Positions 17,300 to 25,399 of a stretch of 28,975 nucleotides of DNA are shown here, piece after piece (positions within the stretch are counted from its first letter, which is position 1; the number at the start of each line of letters is the position of its first letter). The notes under the pieces were generated by a model. It did no database searches, was not told the origin of the DNA, and worked only from the letters and a program-made list of their open reading frames with translations. The position numbers were made by a program, and so were the translations under genes. Location of the stretch: positions 1-28,975 of the forward strand of contig QNCV01000001.1 in NCBI GenBank assembly GCA_003645845.1. The letters run 5' to 3'. The DNA comes from Fidelibacterota bacterium (GTDB lineage Bacteria > Fidelibacterota > UBA2242).

Positions 17300-18640
17300 A
17301 TGATAAAACGTACTTATATTCTGTTACTAATCATTCTGATACTGACGGTTTCGGCGTTGGGGCAGATAACGCGGGTCGCTTTTACCAAACCAGGATATAT
17401 GATGAAAATCCCGACCAGCAGTATCTATCGGACCCCCTATATTTTCCGCACCGGGATCAGCACCGATATTTACGGATTTGCCGATACCCTGATTACGCGG
17501 GGCGTCTTTTTCGAAACCGATCTGTCCAACACGTTTAAGATTGGCGTTACGTCGATTCAGGGGTTGGGAACGAGTCCTCCGGTGGAATTTGGCCTCCATT
17601 TTCAAAAACGGCTATTCGTCTATGGCGATATCAGTTTCTCGGCCGGCATTCATGATCTCGTGTTGAAGCAGGGAGATAAAGAACTGAACATTGATACCAG
17701 GACCCTGTCGATTTTTGGGGTCATCAGTAATGAAAAACAATTTGAAAACAGCAGCATGTCTACCTATATGGGCTTTGGTACCGGTGGTTTGGCAACCGGG
17801 TTCGGGAGTGACTCGGCGACCAGTGCCGGCGTGTTTGCGGGGATTTTGCTGCATACCAATATCATGGCCGAGCGCGGCGGTGTCGAATTCATCGGTGAAT
17901 TTGATGGTGGCGGAATTAACGCTGGTGTGCGGATTCCCTTTACCAAGGACTACAATCTCTCACTGGGTGTCAATAATCTGGTTAAACTGTATAATTTCGG
18001 CGCGGAGGATTTTGACCTGACTAATGTCAGTGATTATCCCAGTCTGAATATCGGCCTTGACTTTCGGATTCCACGGGTCAAGCCCGAAAGCGCCCGGAGG
18101 CGCCGGCTGGAAGGCATGGTGGACGATGAATCCCAGATGGTTCTGGATATGGAAGAACAGTTTGCGATGAAGTTGGATTCGACTCTGAAAGCTGCGGATT
18201 TTGAAATTGCCAAACTGAAAGATTCTTTGCGGGTCTTTGAGTCTGAGATCAAATATCTGACCAGTGAAGTTGCTCAGCTGCGCCAGAAAACCGCAGTTTT
18301 GGAGGATTCGGTTCGTTCGGCAAAACTGGCCAGACACGCCATGGAGCAGAACATCAACCTGGCGCTTAAGCATCTCTCCCGTTCACTACGCTATTTCTAC
18401 GCCGGTGATTACCGGGAAGCGCTGCAGGAAGTCGAAGCGGCGATTGATCTGAATCCGAATCTGGCTCTGGCCTATGCCCGCCGGGGTTCGATCTATTATA
18501 AACTGGGCGATATTGACCGGGCCACCATCAACTGGAACCTGGCCCTGCGGATAGATCCCGAGTACGATGATGTTCGCAATATTTTGAGAGCCCTTAACGA
18601 AAACCGTCTCAGAAGCACAGGGTCGACTCGAAAGGAATAA
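17300..18640 (+). CDS. Outer-membrane beta-barrel (YjbH-like) fused to a coiled coil and C-terminal TPRs
   Basis: Signal peptide. Residues ~45-257 are Gly/aromatic alternating beta strands including EFDGGGINAGVRIPF. Residues ~265-352 are heptad-rich. Residues 353-425 are canonical TPRs (NPNLALAYARRGSIYYKLGD). Confidence 0.7.
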   Translation: MIKRTYILLLIILILTVSALGQITRVAFTKPGYMMKIPTSSIYRTPYIFRTGISTDIYGFADTLITRGVFFETDLSNTFKIGVTSIQGLGTSPPVEFGLHFQKRLFVYGDISFSAGIHDLVLKQGDKELNIDTRTLSIFGVISNEKQFENSSMSTYMGFGTGGLATGFGSDSATSAGVFAGILLHTNIMAERGGVEFIGEFDGGGINAGVRIPFTKDYNLSLGVNNLVKLYNFGAEDFDLTNVSDYPSLNIGLDFRIPRVKPESARRRRLEGMVDDESQMVLDMEEQFAMKLDSTLKAADFEIAKLKDSLRVFESEIKYLTSEVAQLRQKTAVLEDSVRSAKLARHAMEQNINLALKHLSRSLRYFYAGDYREALQEVEAAIDLNPNLALAYARRGSIYYKLGDIDRATINWNLALRIDPEYDDVRNILRALNENRLRSTGSTRKE

Positions 18641-18650
18641 GGATTAGTTT

Positions 18651-19439
18651 ATGGATATTGCAAGTTTATTAGGTATTTTAGCCGGCATTGGTTTAATTGT
18701 TCTGGGAATTTACCAGCTCACTCCCAACTTTATGATTTTTGTCAGTATGGCCAGCTTGCTGATCGTGGCCGGCGGTTCCTTTGCGGCCACTCTGCTGAGT
18801 TTTTCACTCAGCGATGTGTTTGGCCTGCTGCGCTCCGCCTTTGCGGTCTTTAAAAAACAGAAGATCGATCTGCCGGCGGAGGTGGACGCCATCGTGGAGC
18901 TGGCGCCGATTGCCCGCAAGAGCATGCAGGAGCTGGAAAAATCATTGGTCAATGTCAGGAACTACTTCCTTCGGGACGGTTTACAGATGGTGGTGGATGG
19001 CTATAACCCGGATGAAATCCGGGAAATCCTGGAAACCCGAATCGAAAACCGGATCCTTCGTGAAAAAAGCGAGGCCAATGTGCTGCGGACCATGGGCAAA
19101 TATTCCCCGGCTTTCGGAATGATCGGAACCCTGATCGGTCTGGTGGTGATGCTTTATGGGATGGCGGACATGGCCGGTGGCGGTGAAGACCCCATGGCCG
19201 TGCTGGGCGCCGGAATGGGCGCGGCGCTGATCACGACCTTTTACGGCACGATCCTGGCAAATATGTTTTTTAATCCCATGGCCGAAAAATTTGAAACCCG
19301 GATCAAAAAACAGACAACGATGCAACAGATGCTGATTGAGGGAACGTTGCTTATTCATGCACGTAAGCATCCTCTGATTGTCCGGGAAAAATTGAATTCC
19401 TATCTGAGGCCGCGGGATTGGAAGAAACCTGAGGAATAG
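18651..19439 (+). CDS. motA: Flagellar-type stator A subunit (MotA/PomA)
   Basis: MDIASLLG start, LLIVAGGSFAATL, ARK...LE, FLRDGLQMVVDG, SPAFGMIGTLIGLV, ALITTFYG, NMFFNPMAEK, PLIVREKLNSYL. Confidence 0.93.
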   Translation: MDIASLLGILAGIGLIVLGIYQLTPNFMIFVSMASLLIVAGGSFAATLLSFSLSDVFGLLRSAFAVFKKQKIDLPAEVDAIVELAPIARKSMQELEKSLVNVRNYFLRDGLQMVVDGYNPDEIREILETRIENRILREKSEANVLRTMGKYSPAFGMIGTLIGLVVMLYGMADMAGGGEDPMAVLGAGMGAALITTFYGTILANMFFNPMAEKFETRIKKQTTMQQMLIEGTLLIHARKHPLIVREKLNSYLRPRDWKKPEE

Positions 19440-19446
19440 AGCGTAA

Positions 19447-20133
19447 ATGACTGAAAAGGCGGCTCGTAAAAAGAAAAATTTATATGCTGAAGAGGGCGGC
19501 AAAGAGGCCGAACCGTGGCTGTTGACCTACGGTGATATGATGACGCTTCTGATGACCTTCTTCGTGCTGCTGTTTTCCATGAGCACCATAGATCCGGTGA
19601 AGCTGGAACAGTTCAGTGATTCCATGGGGCAGGCTCTGGGAAAGAAAACCAAGGCCAAAAAATATTCCCTGGCGGAAATCTACAAGGATGTCGTTAAGGT
19701 TATCGAGGAAGAATCTCTTCAGGATCAGATTCAGGTGGAGACCAGTGAAAGGGGTGTCGCCATTAAAATTCCCAGCGAGATTTCCTTTGGTGTCGGTAGC
19801 GCCGATTTAGATCCCCGCATTTATCCGATTTTAAATAAGTTTGTCGATATGATGCAAAAATCAACCTACCCGATTGCCATTGAGGGGCATACCGATAATG
19901 TTCCCATGCGTTCAGCCGTGTTTCCGTCGAACTGGGAGCTTTCGGCGGCCCGGGCCGCCCAGGTGGTGCGTTATTACATCAATCAGGGAATTTCATCGGA
20001 ACGGTTTCAGGCCATTGGGTATGCGGATACCCGGCCCCGGGCCCGCGGGGCTACTATTGCGGAAGCCAACGCAACTTCGGCGCAGAGAGACATGAACCGC
20101 CGGGTTGAAATTTTCTTTCTGACAATTCAATAA
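19447..20133 (+). CDS. motB: Flagellar-type stator B subunit (MotB/PomB) with OmpA-like peptidoglycan-binding domain
   Basis: WLLTYGDMMTLLMTFFVLLFSMS (ion-binding Asp30), plug helix, IEGHTD, NWELSAARA, NRRVEI. Confidence 0.93.
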   Translation: MTEKAARKKKNLYAEEGGKEAEPWLLTYGDMMTLLMTFFVLLFSMSTIDPVKLEQFSDSMGQALGKKTKAKKYSLAEIYKDVVKVIEEESLQDQIQVETSERGVAIKIPSEISFGVGSADLDPRIYPILNKFVDMMQKSTYPIAIEGHTDNVPMRSAVFPSNWELSAARAAQVVRYYINQGISSERFQAIGYADTRPRARGATIAEANATSAQRDMNRRVEIFFLTIQ

Positions 20134-20149
20134 ATTTAGGAGACATGCA

Positions 20150-21622
20150 ATGCTCAAGAGTCGGAAATATATGAATACAATAGCGGCGCTCTGTATCATC
20201 CTGCTGATGATCTCCCAACAGGCGCTGTCTCAGGAAAATCAGATGTCCTATCTCTCCCAGAAACTGATGCTGGAAAACAGCATTCGTGAGCGGGTGGCGG
20301 ATGCTCTGGATAAACTTCTTGATGATATAAAGTTTGTAGTGGATGTCGCTGTGGAACTGGAGTTTAAGGTGCCGGAGAGAACCGTTACCGAAACCCAGCC
20401 CCTTACTCGGCAGGAAACTCCGACCACTCCAGCGAAGGCGGCTTCAAATGTATTGACGGCGCAGGAATCAACAACAAAACCTGCATCAAAACAGGGCAGT
20501 GCTGATCTGGGATTACCATTGCCGGGATTTGAAACTCCTGAGGATGTAGTCCGAACCGAAGAGAAAACCACACCGGTTCTGAAAGAGGGTCCGCCGACTG
20601 AATCCGAGACATCGGAAACGTCGACAACTACCGTAACTCCGGCTCAGCAACCAGCCGGAATTGTTAGCAAGACGGTTCAGGCAGGCAGGGCTGTACCGGT
20701 TGTCAAACGGCAACAGGTCAACATCATTATGGAAGACGGTGTTACGCCTGAAATTATTGAAAATGTTCGTCAGGTTGCAGCAATTGCGTCCCACTATGAC
20801 CGCACCCGGGGGGATGTGATCAGTGTAATGACTGCATCATTTAAAAAACGGGAAAAACAGGATGGCGCCGAAGCCGTTATTTTAAAGAATATTGCTGAGA
20901 AAATTGATGATCTGGAACGTCGTCAACAGCGTGCCGAACAGGAAGCCCGGATTGAAGCCCAGAAGCGGATTGAGCGTCAGGCCGTGGTGCGGGATTCACT
21001 GCGAATTCAGGAATTACGGAAGCAGATTGCCGATTTACAGAACCAGCTTCAGGCTCCCATGTTACCTGATGACCAGAGGGCTCGGACCGAAGCCATGGCC
21101 AGTGCACGGGAAACCGAATTGGCGAATCTCAAAGAGCAGCTGCGGGAAAGTAACCGGCGGCTCCAGGAACTTGAGATGGGCGCTATGGAGACGATTCCGC
21201 CGCGCTTTATTCGCTCTGATAATCTGGCGCTATACATCATTTTAGGTCTTTTTGTCATTGCTCTGTTGATATTGCTGATCCTTTTACTGGTGAATCGAAG
21301 AAATCATCAAAAACGTCAGGAACTGGAATGGGGCTATGGCACGAAAGTCCCGATGGGCCCCAGACCGCAGCCGGCAGCCCGGCCGCAACCCCAGACACCG
21401 CCGACCGCACCGCCACCTGTTCAACCCGAAGCTCCGGCTGCACCACAAGCACCGTCGGTACAGGCACCATCGGTTGATCCTGCCGCCCTGAAGGAAGAGA
21501 TGAAAAGCATTAAACAATCGGTCATTTCCATGAGTGTTGGTCAGCCCGATACGGCCTCGCGGGTAATTAACGAATGGCTGGGACAGACGAAAAAAACCGA
21601 AGAGTCCGAATCGGAATTCTAA
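20150..21622 (+). CDS. FliF-like (M-ring C-terminal/RBM3-like) protein with signal peptide, periplasmic coiled coil, single TM and cytoplasmic FliG-binding tail
   Basis: LENSIRERVADAL..FVVDVAVELEF and KRQQVNII...IENVRQVAAIASHYDRTRGDVISV resemble the split RBM3 of FliF. The C-terminal QPDTASRVINEWL resembles the FliF tail. It lies directly upstream of fliG. Confidence 0.72.
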   Translation: MLKSRKYMNTIAALCIILLMISQQALSQENQMSYLSQKLMLENSIRERVADALDKLLDDIKFVVDVAVELEFKVPERTVTETQPLTRQETPTTPAKAASNVLTAQESTTKPASKQGSADLGLPLPGFETPEDVVRTEEKTTPVLKEGPPTESETSETSTTTVTPAQQPAGIVSKTVQAGRAVPVVKRQQVNIIMEDGVTPEIIENVRQVAAIASHYDRTRGDVISVMTASFKKREKQDGAEAVILKNIAEKIDDLERRQQRAEQEARIEAQKRIERQAVVRDSLRIQELRKQIADLQNQLQAPMLPDDQRARTEAMASARETELANLKEQLRESNRRLQELEMGAMETIPPRFIRSDNLALYIILGLFVIALLILLILLLVNRRNHQKRQELEWGYGTKVPMGPRPQPAARPQPQTPPTAPPPVQPEAPAAPQAPSVQAPSVDPAALKEEMKSIKQSVISMSVGQPDTASRVINEWLGQTKKTEESESEF

Positions 21623-21635
21623 GAAGGAGTGTAAT

Positions 21636-22568
21636 ATGGTAGATTTTAAAAACCTCGACGGTTTAGATAAAGTGGCCATCCTGTTTAAAACCCTGGGTAA
21701 CAACCTGGCCCTGCAACTATTTAAGGGTATGACAAAAGACCAGATTCGCAAAGTCCGGGAACGAATGAGCAGCATTAATAATATACCCTTTACAGTGAAA
21801 AAGGAGATTCTGGAGGAATTTTATTTCGGCTTTGTTTCGGAAAAATTTTCTCCACCTACCGAAGAGACAAAAAAGCCCTTTGAATTTTTACTTAATATGA
21901 CCGATGAGCAGGTCGTTTATCTGATTGCTACGGAGACACCGCGCATTATGGCTCTGGCCATTGCTCAGCTGCCGGTGGATCGACAGGTGAATGTGCTTCA
22001 GGCTCTTGACCCCACCATTCAGCCCAAAGTGATGACCGAAATCGGTCATCTGGGTGATATCCCTCTGGAGGGGGTGGTCAGCATTGCCAATGAATTGAAA
22101 GAAAAATCCGCTTTTATCCCCAGGGCGTCGGAATTCAACCGGGGTGGCGGAGAAAATCTGGCCGGGATTCTCAGCCAAATGCGTCCCAGGGATGAAAAAC
22201 GTTTTCTGGAACATCTGGAAAAAGAGGCTCCGGATGTGGTTCAGGAAGTTAAACGTCACTATTTCAGTTTTGAGGATTTGCCTAAACTGCCACATGATAT
22301 CCTGGCGGATGTGCTGAAATCCGTAGAAGCTTCTGAGGTGGCCTACGCTCTCAAGGGACAGCCTGAAGAAATGAAAGAGTTGTTTATCAATTCGCTGCCC
22401 CAGCGAACCCAGATTATTCTGGAAGATGAAATGGAATTGCTGGAGGGTCCCCAGCCCCGCCGCAAAGTCGAAGCCGCCCAGAAGGCGATTGTGGACAAAG
22501 CCCGGGAACTGGAGAAAGAGGGTCGTTTTCGGCTGGAAGATTTTATGGAAGCCGATTTTATCGAGTAA
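21636..22568 (+). CDS. fliG: Rotor/switch protein FliG homolog (310 aa)
   Basis: GLDKVAILFKTLG (FliG-N), PFEFL, ETPRIMALAI (FliG-M), GGENLAGIL, FSFEDL, ALKG...PQR...EDE...GP...VEAAQKAI (FliG-C). Confidence 0.92.
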   Translation: MVDFKNLDGLDKVAILFKTLGNNLALQLFKGMTKDQIRKVRERMSSINNIPFTVKKEILEEFYFGFVSEKFSPPTEETKKPFEFLLNMTDEQVVYLIATETPRIMALAIAQLPVDRQVNVLQALDPTIQPKVMTEIGHLGDIPLEGVVSIANELKEKSAFIPRASEFNRGGGENLAGILSQMRPRDEKRFLEHLEKEAPDVVQEVKRHYFSFEDLPKLPHDILADVLKSVEASEVAYALKGQPEEMKELFINSLPQRTQIILEDEMELLEGPQPRRKVEAAQKAIVDKARELEKEGRFRLEDFMEADFIE

Positions 22569-22596
22569 ACTTCTTGAGCATTGGATATGAGAAACG

Positions 22597-22624
22597 AAAA
22601 TGCCCCGTTCCTTAGGGGCATTTT
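22597..22624. terminator. Intrinsic (likely bidirectional) terminator closing the motor operon
   Basis: Perfect 10-bp inverted repeat AAAATGCCCC-gttcctta-GGGGCATTTT, starting 29 nt after the fliG stop. Confidence 0.8.
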
Positions 22625-22657
22625 ACTGCACAAATCAAAATAGTGAAAGAGATACAA

Positions 22658-23791
22658 ATGCATCGGTTGATTTGCTTCGGACAGTGGGCAATTATCCTGA
22701 TAATCTTGTCCTTTGGATTACATGCCCAGACCGCTGAAATTCAGGAAGCCCGGTTGCAGGAGGCCCTGAAGGCCATGAACCGAATGGAGCATGAAAAGGC
22801 GGTGGCCCTTTTTCAGGAAGTTGCCCTGAATCAGCCGTATCATCCACTGGGCTCTTTTGGTGCGCTGGCAAACCGGTGGATTGTGAATCAGGGTAAATAC
22901 GGCTATCGCGCCGGAAACAGGGAACTTTTGGAAGATGTCGATGCCGTAATTATCGATTTCCGGCGTCGTTTGGTCGCAAATCCGGACGATGCGGAGCTTA
23001 AATATTACATCGGATTGTGCAACGGTTTGCGCGCCCGGGTGCTGTTGGCCGAGAAAGACTGGATTGGTGTTCTGGTCAGTGGTTACCGGATTATCCGCAA
23101 TTTTAAATCCGTATTGAGAGACAATTCCAAGGATCCCGACATTGTGATTGCCTTCGGCGTGTTCAATTATTATGTCGGTTTGTCGTCGGGATTTATGAAA
23201 ATCGCCTCTTGGATCATGCATCTCTCGGGCTCCAAAGAAGAGGGCTTGCAGCAAATTGAATTTGCAGCTCTTAAGGGAAATTACTGCCGTTACGAAGCCC
23301 GCAGCATTCTGGCTTATCTGAATCTTTATTTTGAATCCGATTACCCTGCCGCAAAACGCTGGCTGGATATGCTGATTGCCGAATTTCCCGAAAATCCCTA
23401 TTACAACTTTCTTTATGCAGAGTATAATGTCCGTACCGGTAATCCGGATATCGACATTTACCTCCGACTGATCCGTCAGCGTCTCGACAGTCTCGATCCC
23501 TTTTTTCGGCAAGAGTATGTGCAGCGCCTGCGGCTTCTGGAGGGCAGCCAGGCTCTGCTGCAGCATGATCTGGATAAGGCAGAGGGAAAACTGCTGAGTT
23601 TTTTGGAGCATTTTGATTCAGAAATGGATTATGATCTGGCCAGCGCCTATCTGCGCTTGGGTCAGCTCTACGATCTTCGCCACGAGCGTCAAAAAGCCCG
23701 GGAGTACTATCAGAAAACCGTGAATCTTGATAATCGCAGCGCTGCGGTGCTGGAAGCAAAAAAATATCTGGATACACCGTATTTGCAGTAA
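22658..23791 (+). CDS. Exported TPR-containing helical protein of unknown function
   Basis: ATG at 22658 is preferred over GTG at 22643. Signal peptide ending LHA-Q. C-terminal TPR AYLRLGQLYDLRHERQKAREYYQKTV. Confidence 0.75.
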   Translation: MHRLICFGQWAIILIILSFGLHAQTAEIQEARLQEALKAMNRMEHEKAVALFQEVALNQPYHPLGSFGALANRWIVNQGKYGYRAGNRELLEDVDAVIIDFRRRLVANPDDAELKYYIGLCNGLRARVLLAEKDWIGVLVSGYRIIRNFKSVLRDNSKDPDIVIAFGVFNYYVGLSSGFMKIASWIMHLSGSKEEGLQQIEFAALKGNYCRYEARSILAYLNLYFESDYPAAKRWLDMLIAEFPENPYYNFLYAEYNVRTGNPDIDIYLRLIRQRLDSLDPFFRQEYVQRLRLLEGSQALLQHDLDKAEGKLLSFLEHFDSEMDYDLASAYLRLGQLYDLRHERQKAREYYQKTVNLDNRSAAVLEAKKYLDTPYLQ

Positions 23792-23842
23792 TAAATATGG
23801 TTTTTTATTGTTAACAAAAAATGGTCATTGTAACTTGGACGG

Positions 23843-24922
23843 ATGAGTAGTTATAAACGTCGAATAAGCAGAATTGTTAATGTTGGAAATCTGCCGATTG
23901 GTGGCGGCGCGCCTATCAGTGTGCAGTCTATGACGACACCGCCTACTTCGGACATTGATGCCGTAATACTACAGATTCTCGAATTGGAAGCCGCCGGCTG
24001 CCAGCTCATCCGGGTAACGGTTGCCGATGAAGCTGCGGTAAAAGTCTTGCCCCGAATTAAATCTGCTATGACGGTTCCATTGGTTGCAGACATCCATTTT
24101 GATTACCGATTGGCCATTGGGGCGATTGATGCGGGCGTCGACAAAATCCGGATCAACCCCGGCAATATCGGCAGTAAAGAGCGGGTTAAGGCGGTGCTTA
24201 AAGCCGCCCGGGCCGCGCATGTTCCGATCCGGATCGGTGTGAATGCCGGTTCCCTGGAAAAGAACTTATTGCAGCAATATGGACATCCCTCGGCCGAAGC
24301 CATGGTGGCGAGTGCTGCCCGGCATATCCGCATCTGTGAGGATTTTGGTTTTGAGGATATCATTGTGGCATTGAAAGCCAGCGACGTTGATCTGATGATC
24401 GCGGCCAATCGGCTCTTCGCTCAACAGTACGACTATCCCCTGCATCTCGGTGTCACCGAGGCAGGACCGCCATGGCAGGGGACGATTAAATCCGCCATCG
24501 GGATCGGCACGCTGCTGGCGGAAGGTATCGGAGAAACAATCCGGGTTTCACTGACAGGCGATCCCGTTCAGGAAGTCCATGCCGGGTTTGAAATCCTGAA
24601 ATCCCTGAATCTGATCAAAAAGGGCGTCACCATCATTTCCTGTCCAACCTGCGGACGGGCCGATGTGGATATCATTGGGATTGTCAATGAATTGGAAAAA
24701 CGGGTTAAGCATATCAAAAAACCCCTGTCAGTGGCAGTGATGGGCTGTGCCGTCAACGGTCCCGGTGAGGCCCGGGAAGCGGACGTTGGAGTTGCCGGCG
24801 GGAAACATAGTTTCCTGTTATTTAAAAAGGGTGAAGTAATTGACAAGATTCCGGAATCCAAAGTCGTTGACCGACTTCTGGAGGAAATTGAAATAATCTC
24901 CGCAGCGAAGGAGGAGGAATAG
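23843..24922 (+). CDS. ispG: 4-hydroxy-3-methylbut-2-en-1-yl diphosphate synthase (GcpE)
   Basis: ISVQSMT, PLVADIHF, KIRINPGNIG, YPLHLGVTEAG, IRVSLT, and Fe-S ligands CPTCGR and GCAVNGPGEA. Confidence 0.97.
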   Translation: MSSYKRRISRIVNVGNLPIGGGAPISVQSMTTPPTSDIDAVILQILELEAAGCQLIRVTVADEAAVKVLPRIKSAMTVPLVADIHFDYRLAIGAIDAGVDKIRINPGNIGSKERVKAVLKAARAAHVPIRIGVNAGSLEKNLLQQYGHPSAEAMVASAARHIRICEDFGFEDIIVALKASDVDLMIAANRLFAQQYDYPLHLGVTEAGPPWQGTIKSAIGIGTLLAEGIGETIRVSLTGDPVQEVHAGFEILKSLNLIKKGVTIISCPTCGRADVDIIGIVNELEKRVKHIKKPLSVAVMGCAVNGPGEAREADVGVAGGKHSFLLFKKGEVIDKIPESKVVDRLLEEIEIISAAKEEE

Positions 24923-24924
24923 CG

Positions 24925-25368
24925 ATGAAATACATATTGACGGTTATCTTGGCGCTGATGGTCATAACTCCGATTAAGGCTCAGGAGACTGTTAGGTCTA
25001 AAGATATTGATTACACAGCCTATGGCCAGATGATTTACTGGAAAGCGCTCAACCAGGATGAGAAAAAAGTCTTTCTTCAGGCTTATTTGTACCGGACCCA
25101 TGAGGTCGGTCAGGAGATGCAAGCCAACCGGAAGCTGCGTTCGGCGGTTGAAAGGTATGAAGATGATATTGCGGCGCCGGTCTATAATATCTTTCGGCAA
25201 CTTGAAGACAATGATAAGATCGAACTGATAAAATGGATTGACGTATTTTATCGGCAGGAATTTAACCATGAAGAGAGTTTCGGCAAGGCGCTGCGGTATG
25301 CCTATGAAAAGCTGCAGCGGGGTTCCGAAAGTATGCATGATGTCTATAGGCGAGCCTATTCTCAATAA
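24925..25368 (+). CDS. Hypothetical secreted helical protein
   Basis: Signal peptide MKYILTVILALMVITPIKA. Tightly packed in the operon, with an AGGAGG site upstream. Confidence 0.7.
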   Translation: MKYILTVILALMVITPIKAQETVRSKDIDYTAYGQMIYWKALNQDEKKVFLQAYLYRTHEVGQEMQANRKLRSAVERYEDDIAAPVYNIFRQLEDNDKIELIKWIDVFYRQEFNHEESFGKALRYAYEKLQRGSESMHDVYRRAYSQ

Positions 25369-25399
25369 AGCGACTGTCAGAACGGATAATTGACAGCCC

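Noticed and set aside
18651-20133. MotAB as Zorya defence (ZorAB), TolQR/ExbBD or Agl-type gliding motor
   Set aside because: MotA lacks the long ZorA tail and no zorC/D/E is adjacent. MotB has an OmpA-like peptidoglycan-binding domain, unlike TolR/ExbD/AglS. The FliG-contact residues and an adjacent fliG indicate the flagellar-type clade.
18651-22568. Ordinary flagellar operon or decaying flagellar pseudogenes
   Set aside because: All frames are intact and tightly coupled, key residues are conserved, FliF is structurally remodelled, and the neighbours are non-flagellar. This cannot be fully excluded without the rest of the genome.
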